A DNA stretch of 64,000 nt, taken from contig CACPHX010000003.1 in assembly GCA_902633975.1 (NCBI GenBank), positions 15,373 to 79,372 on the forward strand, in the 5' to 3' direction. Both the position numbers and the translations under genes were made by a program. The DNA is from an uncultured Marinoscillum sp. GTDB lineage: Bacteria > Bacteroidota > Bacteroidia > Cytophagales > MED-G16. Of this stretch, positions 28,226 through 37,537 are shown one piece after another; position 1 is the stretch's first letter, and each line of letters opens with the position of its first letter. The notes below the pieces were generated by a model, which saw nothing but the letters and a program-made list of their open reading frames with translations, was not told where the DNA came from and searched no databases.

Positions 28226-28945
28226 TTATTTGTTGGATATTTCATATTCAGCGTAAATTCTAGCTTGTTTGTAATTTTCTTCAATATCATTTAAAAGTCT
28301 AATGTACATATTTCCCCATTGTTTAGCTCTTGAGAGTAATCCATAAAATTCATTTGAATAATAAAATTCTTTATCAAATTGAAAATTTCTTAGAACTTGT
28401 TTGCCATAGTATTCGCCATCAAGGCTATTGTATTCTGTATCTATTCTAAACTTACTGTAAATATTATTTTGATATTCAATATTAAAAAAGTCAATTGATG
28501 TTGATATAGCTATATTCCTTTCATTTTGATGATTAAAAAGACGTAATAATATAGATTTTAGCTCTTGACTATCTATTAACTCAAAACTTCCGGTGGAAAT
28601 TAGTTGATTAAATATTCCTTTTTGTGGAAAAAAAGACGTTCCAACATTTGCTGTGATTGCTTTTGAAATTAATTCACTCTTTTTTGGATTGTAATCGTCG
28701 GAATTAATGTCTGATTGAATATCATTAATATTTTGAACAGCATTAGATACTGATTCATTAATATTTTGAATTTGTTCTAAATCTTCATCAATTGAATTTA
28801 TTAAATCTAGGATGAGCTTATCTTTATTATCATTTTTTTCAGCTAAATCTCTCTGACCTTCAACATAAAATGAAAGAATCACACTAAATAAAATAACCAT
28901 TCCCTCAATACCATAGGATTGAACTTTACTAAAATCGATTCTCAT
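28226..28945 (-). CDS. N-terminally anchored coiled-coil protein, DUF6090-like, paralog A
   Basis: Same architecture and the same conserved blocks as 27510-28223 (VILFS.ILSFY.EG.RDLAEKN, GIFNQLISTGSFELI, ARIYAEYEI). Confidence 0.6.
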   Translation of the reverse strand: MRIDFSKVQSYGIEGMVILFSVILSFYVEGQRDLAEKNDNKDKLILDLINSIDEDLEQIQNINESVSNAVQNINDIQSDINSDDYNPKKSELISKAITANVGTSFFPQKGIFNQLISTGSFELIDSQELKSILLRLFNHQNERNIAISTSIDFFNIEYQNNIYSKFRIDTEYNSLDGEYYGKQVLRNFQFDKEFYYSNEFYGLLSRAKQWGNMYIRLLNDIEENYKQARIYAEYEISNK

Positions 28946-28949
28946 AATA

Positions 28950-31184
28950 TTATATACTTAGTGATAAAGATATATAATAATTTCTTGGTAAACCTGGGTA
29001 GTAGTATCTTGGATCTCTACCTCCAAAACCAATCGCATTTATTACAATACCTGATGCATAACTTTTATCAAACAAGTTATTAACTCCAGTTGATATATGT
29101 ATGTCTAACTTATTTATTGAAAAAAGTTTTGATAATTTAAAGTTAAAAAGTGAATATGCATCAGTAAATAATTCGTTTGAATCATTCATTGGTAATTTCC
29201 CTACATTTTGAAATGAAACTTGAGCAATATAATTTTTAAAATCTATTTTAATTTTTGAATTAATCGTGTGGGTAGGTACACCGGTTAATTTATTTTTAGA
29301 GTAGTCATTGCCTCTGTTGTTAAAATCTTTAAATACATACCAGTATTTAGAAAAATTATTTGATGATATAACGGAAAATTTTTCACTTCTATATAATGAA
29401 AAGTTCATTGTTGCTTCTAATCCTGGGTGAGATGTTTTCCCAGCATTAACCCCTGTAAATGTATCGAAACCTGTTCTCTGTGCTACCAAAAGATTCTTGA
29501 TATCAACATAATAAATTCCAAAATTATATGAAAGGATGTTATTTCTTGAAGATCCTATGAGTCCTAACTCATAATTCCAACCAGTTTCTGGTTTTATATT
29601 TGGATCTACAATTCCATTTTCATCGAGGGTTTCATCAATATTAGGAGAAGAAAACCCGTGACTAATATTTGCAAATATTGAGTTATTATTCAAATTAATA
29701 TTATATGATATTCTCGGGGATATAATTGTTTTCGTACTGTAGCTTAGTGAGTTAGAATTAATATTATCAATCCAATCGTAATTAATTTTATTAGATCCAA
29801 TACCAAAAGTCAAAAATGAATTTTTAAAGGTTTTATCAATCTGCATAAAAAAATTATAATTCTTTCTGTCTTGAGTTTGCTGAGATATTATTCTCTCGTT
29901 TGCAGTTCTATATTCATCCCATGTGCTGAATAAATAATTTTCGTTGGAATATTCAAAACCGTAACTAAGGTCAAAAGGAGTTATCGATAATTGACCAATA
30001 TGTCTAAATCCAAATGAATCACTATCCTCAATCAAATAATTAAACGGTCTTTTCTCATCATTGTCAAATGTCTTATAGAAAAATGTAGTAATCGATTTGT
30101 ATTTATTCCTTTTTATATTAAATGTTATTCCAGATAATGATCTGTTATAATCTTCTCCCCCTTGAACATTTCCCCAAGTAAATGCGGCACTTGATGGATT
30201 ATTTTGAAAATTTTCTAAACTTAATGAAGAGGGTATAAATGCATCTGCTGTATTAAAAAAATTTATAAACTCTAGGCTGTAATAATCATTTATTTCATAA
30301 TTAATACTTGTAAAAAATCTATTATTATTGTAAGAATTGTTGTCTCTATATCCATCACTTTTAATCTTTTCAAAGTTAAAGAGTAAGTTTAATCTGTTAA
30401 TTTCTCTTGAAACAGATATACTGTTTTGATAAGTATTGAATGACTTAAATATGGATTTTATCTTAACAGTTTTATCAAAACTTTTAGAGGTTTTAAGAAT
30501 AATATTACCACCAAGACCAGAACCATAGATACTTGAGTTGGGTCCTTTATTTATTTCTATTTGATCTAATATATCTATTCCAAAATCTTCAATTGTTGTT
30601 TCACCTACACCATTAGATAGGGGAATATTATTAAGGTATGATTTTATCTTGTTTGTTGAATATTGAGATCTCGAACCCATACCTCTTATAGTAATTCTAT
30701 TGGTATTGTATCCTGCAGAATGTGTATATAAACCTGAAGTTTGATTAAGTGTATTAATTAAAAACTCTCCCTCATTCTTTCTGAATTCAATATCATCAAT
30801 TATCGAAGTTGATGAATTATTATCTTTGAATCTTTTTGGATAAAAATTGGAGTTGATAATTATGTCGTCAAGAATAAAACCTTTATGAATAAGTTCAATC
30901 GTTTTATTTCTAAAATTATCCAACTCAATTTCTTTAGAATAATATCTAAAATCATTTATGCTAATGTTTATTGGTAATTTGCTAGGATTGATTGTTACAA
31001 TTCCTTTTTCGTTTGTATAAATAATATCATTACCTATATTGATCTTTATATTTTCTAGAGCAGATCCATCAATTTTATCAATAACAGTAAGTGATATAGT
31101 ATTTTTTGATAGAACACTAAAAGGAATGAAAAATAAAATAAATATTATAGAAATATTTTTATTTAGTAGAACATGTAAATACAT
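28950..31184 (-). CDS. TonB-dependent receptor with N-terminal CarboxypepD_reg-like domain
   Basis: Plug motifs ITIRGMGSRS and IEINKGPNSSIYGSGLGGNIIL. Long beta-barrel. No SusD-like partner adjacent. Confidence 0.85.
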   Translation of the reverse strand: MYLHVLLNKNISIIFILFFIPFSVLSKNTISLTVIDKIDGSALENIKINIGNDIIYTNEKGIVTINPSKLPINISINDFRYYSKEIELDNFRNKTIELIHKGFILDDIIINSNFYPKRFKDNNSSTSIIDDIEFRKNEGEFLINTLNQTSGLYTHSAGYNTNRITIRGMGSRSQYSTNKIKSYLNNIPLSNGVGETTIEDFGIDILDQIEINKGPNSSIYGSGLGGNIILKTSKSFDKTVKIKSIFKSFNTYQNSISVSREINRLNLLFNFEKIKSDGYRDNNSYNNNRFFTSINYEINDYYSLEFINFFNTADAFIPSSLSLENFQNNPSSAAFTWGNVQGGEDYNRSLSGITFNIKRNKYKSITTFFYKTFDNDEKRPFNYLIEDSDSFGFRHIGQLSITPFDLSYGFEYSNENYLFSTWDEYRTANERIISQQTQDRKNYNFFMQIDKTFKNSFLTFGIGSNKINYDWIDNINSNSLSYSTKTIISPRISYNINLNNNSIFANISHGFSSPNIDETLDENGIVDPNIKPETGWNYELGLIGSSRNNILSYNFGIYYVDIKNLLVAQRTGFDTFTGVNAGKTSHPGLEATMNFSLYRSEKFSVISSNNFSKYWYVFKDFNNRGNDYSKNKLTGVPTHTINSKIKIDFKNYIAQVSFQNVGKLPMNDSNELFTDAYSLFNFKLSKLFSINKLDIHISTGVNNLFDKSYASGIVINAIGFGGRDPRYYYPGLPRNYYISLSLSI

Positions 31185-31402
31185 AATAAGATAATTGAAA
31201 TGACACCTATTATATACTTAAATGATTTAAAAATGTTTAGTAGAATTTTATCTTCTGTCATATTTGCAAATGCTCCTAGAGAAAAGTAAATCATCCATAA
31301 AATAAAAAAAGCTATTAATATCTTAGTTATTGTTATTTCCATTATTAAATCTAATAAATTTAAATTTTTAATTTCACTACTGAAAATTAGATTTAAATTC
31401 AT
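31163..31402 (-). CDS. Hypothetical small two-TM membrane protein
   Basis: 79 aa with two hydrophobic segments. Overlaps the TBDR start by 22 nt. Coding status uncertain. Confidence 0.35.
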   Translation of the reverse strand: MNLNLIFSSEIKNLNLLDLIMEITITKILIAFFILWMIYFSLGAFANMTEDKILLNIFKSFKYIIGVISIILLCIYMFY

Positions 31403-31460
31403 TATTTGAATTAAGCTATATTGATTTATAAATAAATAATAAATTTTAAGAAAATAATAA

Positions 31461-31958
31461 CTATTTTGAGACTGTGAGTGTATTGTTTTCTATTACAGCA
31501 GTGTAAGAATCTAAATCTCCTGTTCCTCCTGGAGCGCTTAATACAGAACCTTGATTATTAAATAATGCTCCATGACAACCGCATCTAAAATTATTGTTTG
31601 AGTATCCCCAACTAGTTCTACATCCTGCATGGGGACACACACTCGTAAAAGCTCTTATTATGTTTTGTCCAACATTAACAATTAACATAGCTCCCTGATC
31701 AAAACGTTTCCAGCCTCCTTGAATTTTTAGTGATGAAAAAGATGGGTGATTTAAATCTATGGTATAAACATTACCATCAACTGTAAATCCTACACTAGTT
31801 TCAGTATTTTCTTCAGTTTTTTCGTCATCAGATATTTCGTCAATAGTTTCATCTGCTTCACTACAACTTGAGAAAAAAGATGTTCCTAATGCTGTAAAAA
31901 GTGCTGAAGAACCAGCAGTTTTCAGAAATTCTCTTCTTTTATTTTTAGTAATTTTCAC
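31461..31958 (-). CDS. Tat-exported lipoprotein with a bc1/b6f-type Rieske [2Fe-2S] domain
   Basis: KRREFLKTAG twin-arginine motif, lipobox FFSSC, and an acidic linker. Cluster boxes CPHAGC and CGCHG are separated by 12 residues; together they give CxH-x15-CxxH plus the disulfide cysteines. Confidence 0.85.
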   Translation of the reverse strand: MKITKNKRREFLKTAGSSALFTALGTSFFSSCSEADETIDEISDDEKTEENTETSVGFTVDGNVYTIDLNHPSFSSLKIQGGWKRFDQGAMLIVNVGQNIIRAFTSVCPHAGCRTSWGYSNNNFRCGCHGALFNNQGSVLSAPGGTGDLDSYTAVIENNTLTVSK

Positions 31959-31990
31959 TTAAAAGATACGTGGTACCTTGTTTAATTGTT

Positions 31991-34198
31991 TTATAAATTA
32001 ATTAGATACTGAAATTTTATAAAAACTTGAGAGTTATCTATATTATAGTATTTTTCTTTCATAAAATTTTGATTTCCTCCAACATAAAAGATTGTAAAAG
32101 GATTGGGGATCCATTCAAATAAGGGTTGAAAGAAAAGAGAATTATTAAAAGTATTAATTTCTGATGTTAATCTTACACCTATTGTTTTAGAGAATTGATA
32201 TTTAGTATCAATTCTATAAATGTAGCCATCAAAATAATATTTATCATTTTTTAAATTTTTGAGTCTGGATTTATTAAAGATATTTGATATTGAGAAATTA
32301 TCAGTAATTTGAAAAGTTAAATTAAAATACAAATCAAGCTCTCTTCCAACCTCAGGATTATCAGAATTAAATGCTATATCTTTTCCAAATCTTATATTTG
32401 AAATAAGATTCAAAAATTCAATGGGTTTAGTACTTATACCTAATCTATTGGTTCCATAATTTTTATAATCGACTCCTAAGTAGTTTGTAATGAAATCATA
32501 ATCATAATAATATGAGAATTCAGTATTTCCTTTGAATCTAGTATTTATACTTCCATCAAGGGACATAATATCAAGATTATCTGTAAAATCATATAAAATA
32601 TCCTTCTTGATTGTTAATGAGGCAGTTTTTATAAAACCATTATCCCAAAACTTATTGTGTGATTGAAGTAAAGTAATCCATTTTCTATCATTCTTTACAG
32701 CGAATCCTACATCTGTCCTATAATTTGGATCAATATGTTTGTAGCCAACATAAGTAGTCCATCTTTCTGTTTTACGAGTAATACCTAATGAAATTCCAGT
32801 CCCATTGAATTTTTCGCCATCGAGACTTATAGTATTTTCTCCAAAGAATTCATTTGAATCAATCCAGTTTTTACTTGGTTCAAGATTTAAGTTTTTGAGA
32901 ATATCAAAGGCAAACCTAATATTTTTAGATATCTGAATTAATCCATCAAGTCCAAATAAATTACCATATCCGCCACCACTATAGATCCTACTCGATGATA
33001 AAAATCCTATTTTAGAACCCTTTCCAAGTAGATGTTGGTATCTAAATATATTGATAATGCTTTTTCCACCTTCACCAAGGTATGATTTGTCATTTCCTGC
33101 AATAAGGTATGGAGAATTTCTATCAAGTGATGATAATAATAGAAATCTTGAACTTTTCCCTTGATTTAATATTTTTAAGGCATACAGTGGATCATTAATA
33201 GATCTTGAATAGAAGGGCTGTAAATCATTAGAGTTAAGATTTAATATGTCTACACCGTTATTAAAAAATGGTCTTTTTTCTGGATAGCTTAGTGAGTATG
33301 AAGAGTTTGCATCAACTCTTGTGACATCAGCTTCAACCTGAGAAAAATCAGGGTTTAATGTTAATTCAAGTGATAGGGTTTTTGATAATTCAGCATTTAC
33401 ACCTAAGCCAATACTTGGTTTAATTTTTTGGTAATTAATTGTATTTGAATTATCATTTCTACTTCCCGTAATATTTGAAGATACATATGGTAATAGATCA
33501 AATTTTTTCTTAACTCTAAATTTATCAAAGACAATTAAATCATTTAATTGACAGGTTGTACACGAATTATTTCTATCTTCTTTGCTTGTTGAAATTGCAT
33601 AATCAAGATATCTTCTGTTGAAACTAAATTTCCATTTTTGGGTTTTATTATTTGAAAATGAAATTGATGAAAAAGGAATTTTAAGTTCAACAAAATATTC
33701 ATTATCTCCGATAACACCTATTGACTCAAATTCAAGGTCATATGCCAAATCATATCTTCCTTCTTCGGTTAAGCTATTGAGAATTCTTACATCGAGTTGA
33801 GATCCCAAAGGGTTACAACCAATAAATATGTTATTCCTGCCATCACCGTAAGTATCTATACTGATACCAATCAGATCATTTCCTAGTGATCCTAAATCAT
33901 CTCTTTTTCTAACTGCAGCCCTAACAGGTTCATTTGTTTTAGCACGAAATGCAACATAAATATAGTTTTCAGAATATTGAATATATCCTTCAGTCTCAAC
34001 TATTGGTTTAGTATTATATCCAGGTTCAGTCTCATAATCTAAACTTAATTTTTTACTATCTTTCCATTCTTTTTCATCTAAAAACCCATCAAGTTTAATT
34101 TTTTCATCATTGATAAAAGGAACATCAATAACCCTTTGAGATATGCATTTATTAATGTTAATTAGAAGAAAAAAAATAATGCAGATTATATTTTTCAT
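31991..34198 (-). CDS. Outer-membrane protein with an N-terminal CBM9/DOMON-like domain and a large beta-barrel (DUF5916-like)
   Basis: Signal peptide. N-terminal KLDGFLDEKEW...YIYVAFRA is CBM9-like. The ~500 aa C-terminal region has a beta-strand pattern and ends FKFQYLINL. Confidence 0.55.
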   Translation of the reverse strand: MKNIICIIFFLLININKCISQRVIDVPFINDEKIKLDGFLDEKEWKDSKKLSLDYETEPGYNTKPIVETEGYIQYSENYIYVAFRAKTNEPVRAAVRKRDDLGSLGNDLIGISIDTYGDGRNNIFIGCNPLGSQLDVRILNSLTEEGRYDLAYDLEFESIGVIGDNEYFVELKIPFSSISFSNNKTQKWKFSFNRRYLDYAISTSKEDRNNSCTTCQLNDLIVFDKFRVKKKFDLLPYVSSNITGSRNDNSNTINYQKIKPSIGLGVNAELSKTLSLELTLNPDFSQVEADVTRVDANSSYSLSYPEKRPFFNNGVDILNLNSNDLQPFYSRSINDPLYALKILNQGKSSRFLLLSSLDRNSPYLIAGNDKSYLGEGGKSIINIFRYQHLLGKGSKIGFLSSSRIYSGGGYGNLFGLDGLIQISKNIRFAFDILKNLNLEPSKNWIDSNEFFGENTISLDGEKFNGTGISLGITRKTERWTTYVGYKHIDPNYRTDVGFAVKNDRKWITLLQSHNKFWDNGFIKTASLTIKKDILYDFTDNLDIMSLDGSINTRFKGNTEFSYYYDYDFITNYLGVDYKNYGTNRLGISTKPIEFLNLISNIRFGKDIAFNSDNPEVGRELDLYFNLTFQITDNFSISNIFNKSRLKNLKNDKYYFDGYIYRIDTKYQFSKTIGVRLTSEINTFNNSLFFQPLFEWIPNPFTIFYVGGNQNFMKEKYYNIDNSQVFIKFQYLINL

Positions 34199-34223
34199 GT
34201 AGAAAAATTATCCGTTAAACTAA

Positions 34224-35849
34224 TCAATCCATAAAAGGATACCTATAATCTTTAGGTGTATTATAAACTTCTTTTATAGTTCTAGGAGAAACCCATCTAA
34301 GTAGATTAAGATACGATCCAGCCTTGTCGTTTGTCCCTGATGCTCTTCCTCCACCAAACGGTTGTTGTCCAACAACTGCTCCCGTTGGCTTATCATTTAT
34401 ATAAAAATTGCCTGCGGCATATTCAAGTAATTTATTTGCAAGATCAATTGCAGTTTGTTCCTTTGCAAATACAGCACCCGTTAAAGCATATGGAGATGTT
34501 TTATCTACAAGCATAAGTGTTTCCTTAAACTTATTATCATCATACACATATATACAGGTCACAGGTCCAAAAACTTCCTCTTCCATTAATTTATTATTCG
34601 GATTTTTAGTAACGAAAACAGTTGGCTCAATAAAATAACCTTTACTGTCATCATAATTTCCACCTATCAATAGTTCTAGATCTGAATCTTTTTTCCCATC
34701 ATCTATATATGAAATTATTTTTTTAAATGCTTTCTCCTCTATAACTGCATTCATAAAATTTCCAAAATCCTCTGGATCTCCGATTTTAATGTCTTTAATA
34801 TCTTGAATTAAATTTTTTTTAACATCATTCCATATAGATTTTGCTATGTAAATTCTTGACGGGGCACTGCACTTCTGCCCTTGAAACTCAAAACAACCTC
34901 TAATTATTGCGGTTGAAACCTCCTTTGTATTAGCAGATTTGTGAGCTATTATAAAATCTTTTCCTCCTGTTTCTCCAACAATTCTTGGATATGATTTATA
35001 TCTGTTAATATTATTCCCAATTTCTTTCCATAAATTTTTAAAGACAGCCGTACTTCCAGTAAAATGTAATCCAGCAAAATCTTTATGTTTAAAAATCACA
35101 TCTCCAGCAATAGGTCCGTCAACATATATAATATTAATTACACCATTAGGTAATCCTGCCTCTTTAAAAATTTCCATAATTATATTAGCCGAATATATTT
35201 GAGGGTATGCAGGTTTCCATACGATAGTGTTACCCATAAGAGCAGGACTTGCGCAGAGGTTTCCTGCGATTGATGTAAAATTAAATGGACTAATAGCAAA
35301 TACAAACCCTTCAAGAGGTCTGTAATCAAGTCTATTCCACATCCCGTTTGAAGATTCAGGTTGCTTTTTATAAATTTCTTCCATATAAGAAGCATTGAAA
35401 TTTAGAAAGTCAATAAACTCACATGCAGCATCTATTTCAGCCTGAAAAACATTTTTGGATTGACCAAGCATAGTCGATCCGTTGATTTTAGATCTGTATG
35501 GTCCAGCAATAAGTTCAGCTGCTTTAAGAAAAATAGATGAGCGAGATTGCCATGACATAGATGCCCACTCTTTTTTTGCTTCAAGAGCTGCATTAATTGC
35601 CATTTTAACATGTGATTTATCTCCTTCATTAAATGTTCCAAGTTTAAGTTTATGATTGTGGGGTGCCGTAATTTCAATTTTTTGGTTTGTTTTTATTTCT
35701 TTTCCACCAATAATCATTGGTATATCGATCTCTTTTTTTTTCATTTCTTGGATCGTATCTAAAAGTTCTCTCTTTTCTATTGAACCTTCTCTAAACTCTT
35801 TAATTGGCTCATTAATTGGAATTGGTATTTCAAAAAAAGCATTGCTCAT
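34224..35849 (-). CDS. pruA: L-glutamate gamma-semialdehyde (1-pyrroline-5-carboxylate) dehydrogenase
   Basis: 541 aa ALDH. VGETGGKDF, catalytic box FEFQGQKCSA and C-terminal QPFGGGRASGTNDKAG are typical of long bacterial P5CDH. Confidence 0.85.
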   Translation of the reverse strand: MSNAFFEIPIPINEPIKEFREGSIEKRELLDTIQEMKKKEIDIPMIIGGKEIKTNQKIEITAPHNHKLKLGTFNEGDKSHVKMAINAALEAKKEWASMSWQSRSSIFLKAAELIAGPYRSKINGSTMLGQSKNVFQAEIDAACEFIDFLNFNASYMEEIYKKQPESSNGMWNRLDYRPLEGFVFAISPFNFTSIAGNLCASPALMGNTIVWKPAYPQIYSANIIMEIFKEAGLPNGVINIIYVDGPIAGDVIFKHKDFAGLHFTGSTAVFKNLWKEIGNNINRYKSYPRIVGETGGKDFIIAHKSANTKEVSTAIIRGCFEFQGQKCSAPSRIYIAKSIWNDVKKNLIQDIKDIKIGDPEDFGNFMNAVIEEKAFKKIISYIDDGKKDSDLELLIGGNYDDSKGYFIEPTVFVTKNPNNKLMEEEVFGPVTCIYVYDDNKFKETLMLVDKTSPYALTGAVFAKEQTAIDLANKLLEYAAGNFYINDKPTGAVVGQQPFGGGRASGTNDKAGSYLNLLRWVSPRTIKEVYNTPKDYRYPFMD

Positions 35850-35866
35850 GTTTTATTATATTTAAT

Positions 35867-36247
35867 TTATCTCCAGGATTTTAGTTCTAATTTATTAATT
35901 GCTAACTCTCTATTATTAAACATTATATCGTACGCCTCAAGATCTTCTTTAAGTTGTAAATCTTTATCTAAATAATCAAATATTTGATCAATTATATCTA
36001 GTGCTTCCTCTCTCAAAGAATAAAAAATAAATTGATCTTGATTTCTAAAATTTAACAGTCCAGAATTTTTTAGATAATTAACATGTCTAGAGGTTTTTGT
36101 TTGAGTAAAATCTAAAATTATTTCAAGATCTGTAATTGTTGCTTCTTTTCTGTTTGATAAAATATTTAGAATTCTAATTCTTGAAACATCAGATAATGAT
36201 TTAAAAACCGTTTTTCCGTATTCAATATTAAATTTTTTTAACCTCAT
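35867..36247 (-). CDS. ArsR/SmtB family winged-helix transcriptional regulator (no metal-binding Cys motif)
   Basis: SDVSRIRILNIL and TKTSRHVNYLKNSGLL HTH region. The sequence contains no cysteine, so the CxC metal site is absent. Confidence 0.75.
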   Translation of the reverse strand: MRLKKFNIEYGKTVFKSLSDVSRIRILNILSNRKEATITDLEIILDFTQTKTSRHVNYLKNSGLLNFRNQDQFIFYSLREEALDIIDQIFDYLDKDLQLKEDLEAYDIMFNNRELAINKLELKSWR

Positions 36248-36339
36248 ACCTAGTTAAATAATGTTATATCTTCACATTCTAAACAAAAAAAAAATATTTA
36301 TTAAGTAATTTAGCATCTATTTTAAGTTTTACATTTTTT

Positions 36340-36984
36340 ATGTTTAAAAAAATAATTCATATTATTCCATTTTTATTGATTTTGATTTTGGCTTATAATT
36401 ATAAAAGCCTTGCTCAGGGTCAAAAAAAAATTATTCAACTATCTGGTGTTGTTGTAGGACAGGATAGTATATCAGGTGTTGGAGGGGTACATATATATGT
36501 ACCAAAAGCAGGTAGAGGAACAACATCAAATCCTTACGGATACTTTGCGATGCCTGTTATACAAGGCGATAGTATTATTGTGAGTGCAGTTGGATATCAA
36601 AAGCAAAATTTTATAATGCCAGGAGATAAAGGAGAGTCAGTGACCTTATTTATTGAATTAAAGCCTGATACTACAATTTTGCCTGAATTAGAAATATTTC
36701 CATATCCAACAGAGGATTTATTTAAAAAAGCTGTCTTAGCAATTGAACTTCCGAATAGAGTAGATCTAGATAACTTAAATAGATCTTTAGACAAAGACTT
36801 ACTTAGACGAATGTACAATAACGAGCCTATGAGTGCTAATATGAATTATAAATATTTTATGGATCAACAAATGCTTTCAACATCAACAAAATTTCAACTT
36901 CCATCAAATCCATTATTGAATCCATTTGCTTGGGTAAAATTTATAAAGGCTATTAAAAATGGAGATTTTAAGAAAAAAGATTAG
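36340..36984 (+). CDS. Exported carboxypeptidase-regulatory-like domain protein
   Basis: Signal peptide, then LSGVVVGQDSISGVGGVHIYV...GYFAMPV...VSAVGYQ (CarboxypepD_reg fold motif). Confidence 0.65.
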   Translation: MFKKIIHIIPFLLILILAYNYKSLAQGQKKIIQLSGVVVGQDSISGVGGVHIYVPKAGRGTTSNPYGYFAMPVIQGDSIIVSAVGYQKQNFIMPGDKGESVTLFIELKPDTTILPELEIFPYPTEDLFKKAVLAIELPNRVDLDNLNRSLDKDLLRRMYNNEPMSANMNYKYFMDQQMLSTSTKFQLPSNPLLNPFAWVKFIKAIKNGDFKKKD

Positions 36985-37463
36985 TTGCAATTAATATTAA
37001 TTAATTCAAGATCAATTGAGTCATTTTTTAAAATGTTGGCTTTAATCCAATCCCTGCATGCAGATTTTGTTAATCCTAAGTCATATTTAATTGATCCTCT
37101 ATTTATCAAATAACTAACATTATTAGGATCATTTTTTAAAGCTAAGTTCAGGTTTTGAAGTGCCTTTTCACTTTTATTAATTAGAAAGTACGACATACCC
37201 ATTTCAAAATAAATTATACTTTTTTTAAAATTTCCTTCCAAAGCCTTTTCGTACATTTTTATTGCACTCTCATTATCATTTGTCAAGGAATATGAGTGAC
37301 CAAGATAGAAATAGTTTTTAAACTTTCTTTTATTTTTTTTCTCCCTTAAAAAAAAATTTATTGCTTTTATATAATCTCCACTTTTATAATATTTGAGACC
37401 CCTCTGTGAACTATTAGAGGACTCTATGTTTATTATCAGTGATATAAAAAAAAGTATTTTCAT
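36981..37463 (-). CDS. Exported TPR repeat protein
   Basis: Signal peptide MKILFFISLIINI. TPR-like repeats (AINFF, YFYLGHSY, AIKMYEKAL, ALKNDPNN). Confidence 0.65.
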   Translation of the reverse strand: MKILFFISLIINIESSNSSQRGLKYYKSGDYIKAINFFLREKKNKRKFKNYFYLGHSYSLTNDNESAIKMYEKALEGNFKKSIIYFEMGMSYFLINKSEKALQNLNLALKNDPNNVSYLINRGSIKYDLGLTKSACRDWIKANILKNDSIDLELININCN

Positions 37464-37465
37464 AG

Positions 37466-37537
37466 TAGCCCTGACAAGAATCGAACTTGTATCTAAAGTT
37501 TAGGAAACTTCTATTCTATCCATTGAACTACAGGGCC
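37466..37537 (-). tRNA. tRNA-Arg (anticodon CCT)
   Basis: Hand-folded 72-nt cloverleaf: acceptor GGCCCTG/CAGGGCT, anticodon stem GAAGT/ACTTT, loop TTCCTAA, T-arm ACAAG-TTCGATT-CTTGT, discriminator A. No CCA is encoded. Confidence 0.85.

Noticed and set aside
35180-35677. Two same-strand alternative-frame ORFs (71 and 81 aa) inside pruA.
   Set aside because: They are embedded in a strongly conserved ALDH reading frame and have no motifs. They are chance open frames.
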